Shown: piece after piece, positions 18,856 through 28,678 of the stretch
How positions within the stretch are numbered: the first letter of the stretch is position 1
How the letters are laid out: each line of letters opens with the position of its first letter
IMG/VR virus record: IMGVR_UViG_3300037069_000805
Coordinates: 1 to 64,000 of that record
DNA length: 64,000 bases
Origin: a virus
Strand: one strand, 5' to 3'
Made by a program: the position numbers and the translations under genes
Notes under the pieces: model-generated
The model's database searches: none
What the model saw: only the letters and a program-made list of their open reading frames with translations
Told to the model about the DNA's origin: nothing

Positions 18856-20547
18856 ATGAAAAAAACAATAGGTATTTATGCCGACACATTTAATGGTAAA
18901 GTTGGACAAACATTTGCTTATATGCAATTTTTTAGTCAATTTGGTTTTGTTAGAATGATATCTACACATGAAAATTTAGATAATATTATAAATGAAATTG
19001 ATATTCTAGTTATACCAGGTGGTGCTGATGTTGATGCAACATTATATGGTGAAATACCAGGTGTAAATGATAGTAGAATTAATCAACATTATGAATATTT
19101 AGATAATTTGTTAATACCTCAATTTATACAAGCAAATAAACCTATTATAGGGATAAACTAACATGTCCCATTATGTAGTGATACATAATTAAAAACGGGG
19201 TGAACTCATGGAAAAGCTGAAATGCCAATCATGAGCTAAGCTTAGAGAGAAATCTATTTGAAAGTGCAACGACTAGGAATCAAGACTAAGTTCTTCATTA
19301 TTAAAGAATATGTCAGTAATATTCCCACGAGCGCCCTGGTTCTCATTAAAACAAATAATATTTAAAATATTTTTAGAAAAAAGTTTAAGTTGATTAAAAT
19401 TTGCTTCATTCTTCATAGCATTAGCTAATCTAGAAATAACAATAATATTTCCTTTAATATATCCTTTAGAATTATTAATTCTATCTATTGTATGTGTATT
19501 GATAGCATAGGAAATATTTTTAGAATAATCTAATTCAAATTCTAATATTGGACAATATCTTGGTAAGATAATATCCGTATATTCTAAATTGAATTCTAAA
19601 TTTCTTCTTTTTGCAGATCCTTTTAAATTTCGTATCATATAACCTTTAATTCTATCTTCTCTATTTGAATAATTTCTTTCAATAAAGTTAGTTTTTAAAC
19701 CTAGTTTTTTACGAATATTTTGAGTCATTGATTTAGAAATATTAAGTTTTTCTGAAATCATTCTATCTGAATATCCTTTTTCTACATAATCTATAAATAA
19801 TTCTTTATAGGCTGTAATTTTAGAGGCTGGTTCAAGATTTAATGATTTTCTAAAAATACCTATTTTTTTACGATCAATATTTAATTCTGCTGCGATTTTA
19901 TAATCGCTTAATCCTTTATTATATAAAGGTAAAAATAATTCTTCCATAATTAAAATGTGTTTTATATTAAACATATAATAAAGATAGGGAATTTTTATTT
20001 AAAAAACAAGAAATAATTAAATTATTTTATAATAAAAAATATTATATTGAGAATATGATATAGTCTGGACTTACGTTAATAGAAAGCGTAAGAAGTATAG
20101 AATAAAGAGTCTATACGATAACAGCGACGATGTCGCGGAATGCAACGTCTAAATGTATATTTTGGTGGAACCCTGAACCAACATATTATTGGACATCATC
20201 AAGGTGATGATAGAGATAAAAGATTACAAATGTTACAATTTCCAGATAGTGAAAATGTATATTATGTAAATACTTTACATCATCAATCAGTTGATAAATT
20301 AGGTGATAATTTAGAAATATTAGCATATACACCAATATATGATGGATGTTATTCTAAACATACTAATTATCAACCTTGGAGAAGATTTGATAAATCTGGT
20401 AAACTTGAATCTACAGATAATTCACCTGTAACTATTGAAATATTTAAACATTCAGATTTAAAAGTTTTAGGAATACAATATCATCCAGAACAGTTCAATT
20501 GTAAACTAGCAAAAATGTTAATAGAAAATTTAATCGATGATGAATAA
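18856..20547 (+). CDS. class I glutamine amidotransferase / gamma-glutamyl hydrolase (peptidase C26, PuuD-like), spliced from exons 18856..19154 and 20130..20547 (238 aa)
   Basis: Exon 1 has IPGGADVD and ends KPIIG-AT; exon 2 begins A-TGT-CGC-GGA. Joining restores GICRGMQ; exon 2 also has VNTLHHQ and QYHPE. Confidence 0.9.
19273..19974 (-). CDS. intron-encoded HNH-type homing endonuclease, antisense to the intron (likely start 19947)
   Basis: Two N-terminal HTH repeats; SAKRRNLEFNL...YCP...IDRINNSKGY.KGNI...AN..K nuclease motif. Confidence 0.85.
   Translation of the reverse strand: MFNIKHILIMEELFLPLYNKGLSDYKIAAELNIDRKKIGIFRKSLNLEPASKITAYKELFIDYVEKGYSDRMISEKLNISKSMTQNIRKKLGLKTNFIERNYSNREDRIKGYMIRNLKGSAKRRNLEFNLEYTDIILPRYCPILEFELDYSKNISYAINTHTIDRINNSKGYIKGNIIVISRLANAMKNEANFNQLKLFSKNILNIICFNENQGARGNITDIFFNNEELSLDS
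19979..20010 (-). promoter_or_regulatory. Bacteroidota sigma70-type promoter for the intron endonuclease
   Basis: Minus strand CTTG-N20-TATCTTTA, a variant of TTTG / TAnnTTTG. Confidence 0.55.
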
Positions 20548-21205
20548 AAAAATAACAGTATTAATAAATGATAAGTTAAGTAATTCATCTTATTTAGCTT
20601 TCTTAAAAGAAATATTCACAGTTGAAGTTGTAGAATATTCAAAATACAATTACGAACATATTGACTTAGCATTATTTACAGGTGGAGAAGATGTAAATCC
20701 TATTTACTATAATGAAGGACAAGGAAATAGAACTCAATGTAATCCTGATAGAGATAAAGTTGAAAAAGCAATGTATAATTCTGTAGGTAAAAAAACATTT
20801 AAATTAGGAATTTGTAGAGGTTCTCAGTTATTAACTGTTTTATCTGGTGGAAAATTAGTACAACATGTTGAAAATCATACTAGATCTCATAGTATTATTT
20901 CTAATTTTCCAGAACATAATTATAAATTTATTATAACTTCTACACATCATCAAATGATGTACCCTTTCTTAATGAAAAAAGAAAGTTATCATATTATTGC
21001 TTATTCTGAATATTATTTAAGTAATACATATTTAAATGGAAAAAATGAAGAAATTTCTATTCCTGATGATTTTGTAGAACCTGAAATAGTATTTTATAAA
21101 GATAGTAATTCTTTATGTATTCAAGGACATCCTGAAATGTCAAGTTGTCCAGATGATACTAAACAAATGGTTGCTCATCTAATATTAAAATATTTAAACA
21201 AATAA
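20537..21205 (+). CDS. class I glutamine amidotransferase (peptidase C26-like)
   Basis: FTGGEDV, GICRGSQ, STHHQMM and QGHPE catalytic triad motifs. Confidence 0.9.
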   Translation: MMNKKITVLINDKLSNSSYLAFLKEIFTVEVVEYSKYNYEHIDLALFTGGEDVNPIYYNEGQGNRTQCNPDRDKVEKAMYNSVGKKTFKLGICRGSQLLTVLSGGKLVQHVENHTRSHSIISNFPEHNYKFIITSTHHQMMYPFLMKKESYHIIAYSEYYLSNTYLNGKNEEISIPDDFVEPEIVFYKDSNSLCIQGHPEMSSCPDDTKQMVAHLILKYLNK

Positions 21206-21208
21206 AAA

Positions 21209-22021
21209 ATGGTTAAAATTAAAGAAAATAAATATAAAATAACATTGGGGAGTGATCCTGAAATATTCATTAAAAATGAAAAAGAAATTGTATCAGCTGA
21301 AGGATTAACTGGTGGTTCTAAATGGGCACCAGTTCCTATTAGTGAAAGTGGTCATATGATTCAAGAAGATGGAATCGCTCTTGAATATAATATTCCACCA
21401 TCTGAAACAGTAGAAGAATTTATTGAAAATCATGAATTTGTACAAGATTATTTAAAACAAATGATTTTAGCTCACGGATATACATTTTCAATAAATAGAA
21501 GTGCTGAAATTAATCCTATATATTTACAAACAGAACAAGCAACTACATTTGGTTGTGAACCTGATTATAATGTATATTTAAAAGGAGAAAATATATCACC
21601 TAATCCTAATACAAATTTAAGATGTTGTGGTGGTCATATTCATATTGGATATCCAAATAATAATCAAGAACAAACTGAAAAAATAGTTTTAATGTTTGAT
21701 ATATTTCTTACATTACCTGCTCTATTTAAAGACAATGATACGCGTCGTAGAGAATTATATGGTAAAGCTGGTTCTTTCAGATTTAAAGATTTTGGTGTAG
21801 AATGTAGAGCATTATCTAATTTTTGGATTCATAATAGAGAAGATATGACTTGGATTTGGGAACAAACTATTAAAGCTGTAACTTGTGTATTGGATAATGA
21901 ATGTGATGAATTAATTGCAAAATATTCAGAAAAAACTAGAGAAGCTATTGATACTAATAATTTAGTATTAGCTAGAGAAATATTAACAAGTATAGAAAAA
22001 GAAGAATTAATAACAATTTAA
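21209..22021 (+). CDS. phiEco32-like COOH-NH2 ligase type 2
   Basis: LGSDPEIF, QEDG..LEYN, FGCEPDYN, GGHIHIG, RRELYGKAG and GVECRALSNFW motifs. Confidence 0.92.
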   Translation: MVKIKENKYKITLGSDPEIFIKNEKEIVSAEGLTGGSKWAPVPISESGHMIQEDGIALEYNIPPSETVEEFIENHEFVQDYLKQMILAHGYTFSINRSAEINPIYLQTEQATTFGCEPDYNVYLKGENISPNPNTNLRCCGGHIHIGYPNNNQEQTEKIVLMFDIFLTLPALFKDNDTRRRELYGKAGSFRFKDFGVECRALSNFWIHNREDMTWIWEQTIKAVTCVLDNECDELIAKYSEKTREAIDTNNLVLAREILTSIEKEELITI

Positions 22022-22022
22022 G

Positions 22023-24050
22023 ATGATAAACACATTAATAATTTTATTATTAATTCACTATGTGGGATTAATAGTCTTTAAACCAAAATTAAACATATTA
22101 AGTTGTGGTATATTTGCCTGGGCTGGTAAAGATTTTAAGAAATTTGATAAAGCAAAATTTGATATCCAAGGACTTTATAATAATGATAGAGGTGGAGATT
22201 CATGTGGAGTTAGTACAGATGGAGAAATATATTATGGTGTTGGTAATTTTCAAAAACACTATAATCAATTTATTGTAGAAAAAAATTATAAAACACCATT
22301 ATTATATCCAACAGTTATAGGTCATACTAGAAAATCTAGTTATGGAGTAATTAATGAACATAATGCACATCCATTTGGATTTGGTAATATTGATGGAGCA
22401 GGTTTTTCTTTTATAGGTTGTCACAATGGAACATTAATTAATCATAAAGAACTTGCAGAAAAATATAATGTAGATGAAGATCACTATAAACAAGAAAATG
22501 GAAATTTTGATAGAACTAAAATTGATTCAGAAATATTATTAGAAGGTATTTATTTATCTAAAGATATTAAAATACTTAATGATTATATTGGTGGGGCAGC
22601 TATTATATTTCAAGACTTAAGTGAACCTAATATAATATATGCTTATCATGGTGCATCTAGAAAAGAAACTACTGATACAGATGCTACAATATATGAAGAA
22701 AGACCTTTATATTATTATAGAGAAACTAAAAATAGTTTATATATTTCATCTATACCTGAACCATTAATAGCTATTGGTGGAGAGTTAGAAAAAACTGTAT
22801 TTGAATTTGATTATAATTATGTTTATAAAATCGAAAATGGTGATATAGATAAATGTGTTAAATTTAAAGTAGATAGATCTAAATCTGCACATAAAAGAGG
22901 TTATGCTAGTTCTGTTAGTAATCATAATCAAGCATCTGCATTTCATATGGGACAAAATTATAGTCAAATGATGAATAATAGAAATAGTAAGAAAAATAGA
23001 AAAAATAAGAAGAAATTATCAGATAATACTAAAGTAATTAATATTTATGATGAAGTTGAAGATAATTTCTTCAAATCTAAAGTATATTATAAAAATTTAA
23101 GATATTTTAGAAATGGTCATAAAATTAATGGTGTATGGACATTTATTAAAGGTTATGGTTTTTATTTTCTTAGTAATGATACTACTGCAGCTGAAAAAGA
23201 ATCTTATGATTTAATTGAAAGAGATTTTGATTTATCATCTGGTACTTTTATTAGAGTAGATAAAAAAGTTGATAAAAATAATAAAAATCTCTTTAAACCA
23301 TTTCCATTTAATTCTGAATTTCCTACTTTAATATATTTTCATGAAGGTATATTACTTAAAGATCCATTAGATTATAAAGTTCTTACTACAGAAAAAAGTA
23401 GAACATTTACATTAAGTGATTTATCTTATATGTCAAAATATCCATTAATATATAATATTACTATTAGAAAACCTGATTTACATCAAGAAATTTGGTTAGA
23501 TGGTAAAGCTTATACTGATACTTTTTCACCTACACAAAGTGGTAAAATTTATGAAGTTATTAATGGTAATTTAAAAAGTATTGAGGTATGTGAAAATATA
23601 TCTGATATTGTAGATATTCCTGATAATGAAACTCCTGTAATTCAATTACCTATTTCTTTAAATACATGTTGTAATATTGATGATCAAGATGATACAGAAA
23701 TGTTAGCAAATCTTGAGCAAGGTTTAATAGGACAATATTCACCATTAACAGAAGAAAATACTTTATTCACTCTACATTTAGAATCAAAAGTAACTGAATA
23801 TTTTATTAAAAAAAATAAATTTATTGAAGATGAAAAAATAATAGATGATGAATTACCATTAGTTAATTTTGATAAAGAAAGTACTGATAAAATTAATAAT
23901 TTAATGACTCCAATTTATGTAACAGTACAAAATGCTAATATTGAGTTAAAAAATATTAAAAATAATGATCAAGCATCACAATTAATTGATATAAATAAAG
24001 AATATTTAATGAATATTGATGATGTTGTAAATACAGATAACAAGAACTAA
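22023..24050 (+). CDS. class II (Ntn) glutamine amidotransferase with N-terminal hydrophobic extension and long C-terminal region
   Basis: CGIF at residue 28, RGGDSCG, GHTRKSS, NAHPF, HNGTL, DSE and ERPL motifs. Confidence 0.88.
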   Translation: MINTLIILLLIHYVGLIVFKPKLNILSCGIFAWAGKDFKKFDKAKFDIQGLYNNDRGGDSCGVSTDGEIYYGVGNFQKHYNQFIVEKNYKTPLLYPTVIGHTRKSSYGVINEHNAHPFGFGNIDGAGFSFIGCHNGTLINHKELAEKYNVDEDHYKQENGNFDRTKIDSEILLEGIYLSKDIKILNDYIGGAAIIFQDLSEPNIIYAYHGASRKETTDTDATIYEERPLYYYRETKNSLYISSIPEPLIAIGGELEKTVFEFDYNYVYKIENGDIDKCVKFKVDRSKSAHKRGYASSVSNHNQASAFHMGQNYSQMMNNRNSKKNRKNKKKLSDNTKVINIYDEVEDNFFKSKVYYKNLRYFRNGHKINGVWTFIKGYGFYFLSNDTTAAEKESYDLIERDFDLSSGTFIRVDKKVDKNNKNLFKPFPFNSEFPTLIYFHEGILLKDPLDYKVLTTEKSRTFTLSDLSYMSKYPLIYNITIRKPDLHQEIWLDGKAYTDTFSPTQSGKIYEVINGNLKSIEVCENISDIVDIPDNETPVIQLPISLNTCCNIDDQDDTEMLANLEQGLIGQYSPLTEENTLFTLHLESKVTEYFIKKNKFIEDEKIIDDELPLVNFDKESTDKINNLMTPIYVTVQNANIELKNIKNNDQASQLIDINKEYLMNIDDVVNTDNKN

Positions 24051-24051
24051 T

Positions 24052-25881
24052 ATGGAAAATATTGAAAAAGTAATAGCAATAGATAATAAAACTTATCCTA
24101 AAGATTCTTGTAGATTTATAGATGGTAAATATTATTTAATTGGATTAAAAGAAATTAAATGTTCTGGTCATGTTTATTTGATTAATGGTAGATATATTAG
24201 AGAAAATACTAATAGATTAGTTTATAATCATACTACAATGGAATATGAGTTGAAAAATAATTCAGTAATAGAAGGTATTATTGGATTTGATAAATTTAAT
24301 GTTCCTATATTAGGTTATTTTAATTTAAATCCAGTATATAATGTTAAAATTGTACTACAAAATGGCAATGAAAATATCTGTATTAATGAATCTATAATTA
24401 ATTTAAATTATAGAGAAGAAAAAAGTACAGGTATTTATTATCATATAACTTTAAAAAGCGTATTAGAATTAAGATCATTAGAATTAGTAGGAAGAGAATA
24501 TAAAGAATCTTTACCTTATGATTCAAGAGGTATTACATCTAAATATTTAAAAAATTATAATGATAATTATAATCCTATTTATAATGATAGTGTTGAAAAA
24601 TATAGTCTATTATTAAAAAATTATACTTTTGGTTTAGAATTTGAAAGTGTACTAGGTATTATACCTAATAATAAATTAAATTATTTACCATTAATTCCAT
24701 TAAGAGATGGTAGTATTGATGGTATAGAATATGTTACAGTTCCATTACAACATAAAAAGGGAATGCAAGCATTAATTGATTCAGTAAAAGAGTTAAATAA
24801 AAGAACAGAATATAATGAATCTTGTTCTTTACATTTACATATAGGTAATATACCTAGAACACCTGAATTTATATTAGCATTTTATAAATTATCTTGTTAT
24901 TTTCAAGAAGATATATTTAAGATGTTTCCTTTGTATAAAAAATATAATTTTGGAATAAAACGTAAAAATTATAGTAAACCATTTGATTTTAATAAGATTA
25001 ATATTTGCTTAGAACCAAGTATTGATATTAAAAATAAAGATCAAGTAAATAAAAATTTTAGTTTAATATTTAATTATTTATCAGAGGTTACACCTTTTTC
25101 AGAATTTAAATATGATTTAAATAATGTTAAAGAGCATCCTAGAGATCCTAATGGAAATACAAAATGGAATATTACAAATAGATATTATTCTGTAAATTTT
25201 ATTCCTTTAATTTTTGGAAATAAACAAACTGTTGAATTTAGAATTCATACTCCTACTTATGATATAGGTAAAATTATAAATTTCTTATTAATTAATATTT
25301 ATTGTATAGATTATACTATTAATAATATTTCTGAAATATTAAGTAATCCTAAGTTTTTATTAAAATATAATAATTTTCAACATTTTGTAGAAGATTATAT
25401 TTATAATCACAATCCTTTAAAAAAAGGTTTAAAAAATACATTATCAACTCATCAATTAAATTATTTAAGAGAAAGAATTTCTAAAACCTATGATGGAAAT
25501 TGTAATGGTGAAATTTCTGGTAATGAAAAGATTATTAAATGTAATAATGTTATAAACTGGAAAAATAATAATTTAGTTAATTATGATGAACTATATTATG
25601 ATAATAAATATGTTATTTCTAATGAAAATGATTTAGAAATTGATGAATCTAGAGAAATAAATAATAACGAAAAAGTTTTAAAAGCTAAAAAGAATTTTGG
25701 TTATATGCCAAGTCCTTTTGATGAAATTAGACAACCAGATTCACAAATAATATCTGATGCTAAAATTCACTACAAAAATACTATTAATAAAATACATAAT
25801 GAAATAAATTCTACACAATCAGTACATGGTGGATTTTTTCAACAGATACGTGAACGTGAAACTAATGTAAAACCAGTATAA
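24052..25881 (+). CDS. putative amidoligase (glutamine-synthetase-like COOH-NH2 ligase fold)
   Basis: TFGLEFE, RDGSI...EYVT.PL, CSLHLHIG, RY.SVN and TVEFRIH motifs. Confidence 0.88.
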   Translation: MENIEKVIAIDNKTYPKDSCRFIDGKYYLIGLKEIKCSGHVYLINGRYIRENTNRLVYNHTTMEYELKNNSVIEGIIGFDKFNVPILGYFNLNPVYNVKIVLQNGNENICINESIINLNYREEKSTGIYYHITLKSVLELRSLELVGREYKESLPYDSRGITSKYLKNYNDNYNPIYNDSVEKYSLLLKNYTFGLEFESVLGIIPNNKLNYLPLIPLRDGSIDGIEYVTVPLQHKKGMQALIDSVKELNKRTEYNESCSLHLHIGNIPRTPEFILAFYKLSCYFQEDIFKMFPLYKKYNFGIKRKNYSKPFDFNKINICLEPSIDIKNKDQVNKNFSLIFNYLSEVTPFSEFKYDLNNVKEHPRDPNGNTKWNITNRYYSVNFIPLIFGNKQTVEFRIHTPTYDIGKIINFLLINIYCIDYTINNISEILSNPKFLLKYNNFQHFVEDYIYNHNPLKKGLKNTLSTHQLNYLRERISKTYDGNCNGEISGNEKIIKCNNVINWKNNNLVNYDELYYDNKYVISNENDLEIDESREINNNEKVLKAKKNFGYMPSPFDEIRQPDSQIISDAKIHYKNTINKIHNEINSTQSVHGGFFQQIRERETNVKPV

Positions 25882-25904
25882 TTTAAATTAAAATATAGAA
25901 GGTA

Positions 25905-26594
25905 ATGGAAATAAAACATTTAAATCGCGAACATAATTATGATCTAGTTGTAGATTATGATGAGTTATTAGGAAAAAAATGGGCTAATTGTATTAAAAAT
26001 ACTCTTATCTCTAAACAAATGAATGAACTGATGTATAATCTTCATGAGAAATATAAAAATTGTAATTTCTTTTATCCTAGTAAACATGATATATTTAATG
26101 CTTTTAAGTATGTTGGTCCTTCTGAAATAAAAGTAGTAATTGTTAATACATTACCTAAATTTTCAGAACATAGTAATGGTCTTGCATTTGGTTCTAAATA
26201 TACTGATAAGGAAGATGTTCCAAGAGATATAATAGATTTATTTAAAAAAATAAATGAAAAATATCATTCTGATATAACTATTAGTAATGATTATACATTG
26301 AAAACTTGGGCTAATCAAGGTGTTTTATTATTAAATTCAGCATTAACTGGAACACATATGTCCAGAGATATATCTGAATGGTATTTTTTTGTACAAAATA
26401 TTATAAAATATATAAATGATTTTAAAACAGGTGTTGTATTTTTATTTGTAGAAGATGCTAATTTTTATTCTTCAATGGTGAATAAGAAAAGACATACTGT
26501 AATAAAATCAAAATCTTTAACTATAGATAAATTAGATGAAATTAATAATGAAATATTATTTATAAATGGTGAAGGTCATAACATTGAATGGTAG
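25905..26594 (+). CDS. uracil-DNA glycosylase family 1-like protein, catalytic motifs degenerate
   Basis: DIFNAF, KVVI, GLAF and WANQGVLLLNSALT match Ung, but GQDPY reads NTLPK and HPSP is absent. Confidence 0.8.
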   Translation: MEIKHLNREHNYDLVVDYDELLGKKWANCIKNTLISKQMNELMYNLHEKYKNCNFFYPSKHDIFNAFKYVGPSEIKVVIVNTLPKFSEHSNGLAFGSKYTDKEDVPRDIIDLFKKINEKYHSDITISNDYTLKTWANQGVLLLNSALTGTHMSRDISEWYFFVQNIIKYINDFKTGVVFLFVEDANFYSSMVNKKRHTVIKSKSLTIDKLDEINNEILFINGEGHNIEW

Positions 26595-27024
26595 TGAATA
26601 TTTATTTATAAGCACTAATGTTCCGAGTTTAAAAAACTCAAAAGTAAAAACTTCAAAAGGTATTTTCTCATCAAAGACGGTGGGAAAATATCTAAGAGGT
26701 TTAGGTATACAATCATATTCCTCAAGTAAAAAGATTGTAAAAGGTTATGTAAATAGACCTAATGAATTCTTGAAATGTCAAGAATACTTTGAAAAATATT
26801 TAATTAATAAACCATATGAAATAGGATTTCATTTTGTTAGAGGTACTAAACATAAATTTGATTTTAATAATGCTACACAAATTATTGCTGATTTAATGAC
26901 AGCACATAATTTTATAGAAGATGATGATATGGATAATTTTATTCCATTTCCATTTAAAATTAATAATCAATTTTATACTTATAATAAAGAAAATCCTGGA
27001 GTATATATAAAAATATTAAATTGA
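26566..27024 (+). CDS. RusA-like Holliday junction resolvase
   Basis: VPSLKNSK, KFDFNN...IADLM...IEDDD motifs. Confidence 0.7.
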   Translation: MVKVITLNGSEYLFISTNVPSLKNSKVKTSKGIFSSKTVGKYLRGLGIQSYSSSKKIVKGYVNRPNEFLKCQEYFEKYLINKPYEIGFHFVRGTKHKFDFNNATQIIADLMTAHNFIEDDDMDNFIPFPFKINNQFYTYNKENPGVYIKILN

Positions 27025-27050
27025 TAAAATTTAATTGTGAATGAAGATGA

Positions 27051-28070
27051 ATGGTAGAAAAGTTAAACAATTTAACAAAAATACTCAGTAATGAGGAAAT
27101 AATAGATTTAACATTATCATATAGTAAACTATCAGATTTTGATAGGAATGGATCTGTTTCTTTAATTAGAAACACTTTTATAGATAATGATGGTGTGAAA
27201 TTTGGATCATTAGTAGATGATTTATTATTTCAAGACAAAAATTATTTCAAAAAAACATATTATATTTTTGATGGAGAAAAACCCACTGGTACTTTAGGTT
27301 TACTTACTGATATAATTTTAAAAAATTATATGAAAATACCCAATACTGAAAAAGTATTAGAAATTATAAAAGTAAATAACTTTTGGGCTTCTACTAAAAA
27401 AGAAGAATTATTGCAAAAGAATTTTGACCAAGATAATTTTTGGCAATATTTAAGATGTAAATTTGAAGTTAACGATAGAGTTATTATAGCAAATAAAGAA
27501 TATGAAGATGCAATTGAATTAGTTGATATTTTAAAAAATCATAAATATTCTAAGAATGTATTATATAATAACTTTGATAAATACTATCAGTTTAGATTTG
27601 AGTTTGAATACAGAAAATTTAAAATAAGAGGTATTTTAGATATAATTAATATTGATCATGAAAATAAAAAAGTATATTTTATAGATTTAAAAACAGGTAA
27701 AAATCCTGCTATTGAATTTCCAGATAGTTTTATTAAGTGGAGATATTATTTTCAAGGTGCTATATATAAATTAGCTTTTGAATCAATTTGTAAAAAATTA
27801 GATTTGAAAGATTACACATTAGAACCTTTCCAATTCTTATATATTTCAAAATCAGATAAGATACCTTTAATATATGAAATGACTGATAAATGGTTTAATG
27901 CTGCAGTCAAAGGATTTAAAATCAATAATTATAAATTTAAAGGAATTAATGAGTTATGTGATGAAATTTATTGGTGTTGGAAAAATAAACAATACGATAT
28001 ACCAAAATATATCGTAGAAAATGATGGATTAGTAGAAATTAATGATAATTTTATAAGTGTAAATGAGTAA
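27051..28070 (+). CDS. PD-(D/E)XK exonuclease (RecE/Cas4-like)
   Basis: LSYSKL, FGSLVD, RGILD...IDLKTG, YYFQGAIY motifs. Confidence 0.85.
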   Translation: MVEKLNNLTKILSNEEIIDLTLSYSKLSDFDRNGSVSLIRNTFIDNDGVKFGSLVDDLLFQDKNYFKKTYYIFDGEKPTGTLGLLTDIILKNYMKIPNTEKVLEIIKVNNFWASTKKEELLQKNFDQDNFWQYLRCKFEVNDRVIIANKEYEDAIELVDILKNHKYSKNVLYNNFDKYYQFRFEFEYRKFKIRGILDIINIDHENKKVYFIDLKTGKNPAIEFPDSFIKWRYYFQGAIYKLAFESICKKLDLKDYTLEPFQFLYISKSDKIPLIYEMTDKWFNAAVKGFKINNYKFKGINELCDEIYWCWKNKQYDIPKYIVENDGLVEINDNFISVNE

Positions 28071-28623
28071 TCTCAAGTATAATGCATCAAAAACATATTT
28101 ACTACCTTTAATATCTGAAGTAATACATTTAGAACCTAAATTTATTAACTATTTAGAAAATACATACATGTTTGATGAGAATAATGAATATAACGAATGT
28201 TTTTTTATAAGACATAAGTTTTCATTCAGAAATCCTGAATTTACATCGTATGAACATAAACTAATAGATAATGAATATTTTATAAAATGTATTGATATAG
28301 ATGATGAGGTAATATATATATTCAAATTTCCTAAAGAATATTTAAAAGAATATTACTGTTTAATGAACAGTAAATATTCAGAATTTGAAGAAGATGCTAA
28401 AGAATTAATATTAAGATTTTGGACTAGAATTTATGGTAAAATACCTACTGGTGTAAATGTAATATTAAGAATAAAACAAATACTATACAAAGACGAGAAA
28501 CTTAAAAAACAATTAGAAGAAAAATTAAATGTGAAATTAAACAGTAACTCCGAACTTGGAGAAAATGTTAATATAAAAGACGAAACTTTTAAATATGAAA
28601 GTAAGAATAAAGAAAAAAGTTGA
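28063..28623 (+). CDS. conserved crAss-like hypothetical protein
   Basis: ORF track; YIFKFP...SKYSEF motif; typical position after the exonuclease. Confidence 0.6.
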   Translation: MSNLKYNASKTYLLPLISEVIHLEPKFINYLENTYMFDENNEYNECFFIRHKFSFRNPEFTSYEHKLIDNEYFIKCIDIDDEVIYIFKFPKEYLKEYYCLMNSKYSEFEEDAKELILRFWTRIYGKIPTGVNVILRIKQILYKDEKLKKQLEEKLNVKLNSNSELGENVNIKDETFKYESKNKEKS

Positions 28624-28630
28624 CAATTAA

Positions 28631-28662
28631 TTAGGAATTCTAATATTTTTTCACTATATTTG
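28631..28662 (+). promoter_or_regulatory. Bacteroidota sigma70-type promoter
   Basis: TTAG-GAATTCTAAT...-TATATTTG with a 20-nt spacer. Confidence 0.65.
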
Positions 28663-28678
28663 TAAAAAACAAATATAT

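Larger units (their letters stand above)
19155..20129 (+). mobile_element. self-splicing group I intron (phage IA2-like)
   Basis: P1 GGGAT/GTCCC with U:G at the 5' splice site; P2 ATTATGTA/TACATAAT; P/Q CTCATG/CATGAG; R GCAACGACTA; S GATATAGTC; P8 GTTCTCA/TGAGAAT; terminal G; removal restores the frame. Confidence 0.93.

Noticed and set aside
18856-20547. Two separate genes or a disrupted pseudogene
   Set aside because: Group I core elements and exact frame restoration explain the split.
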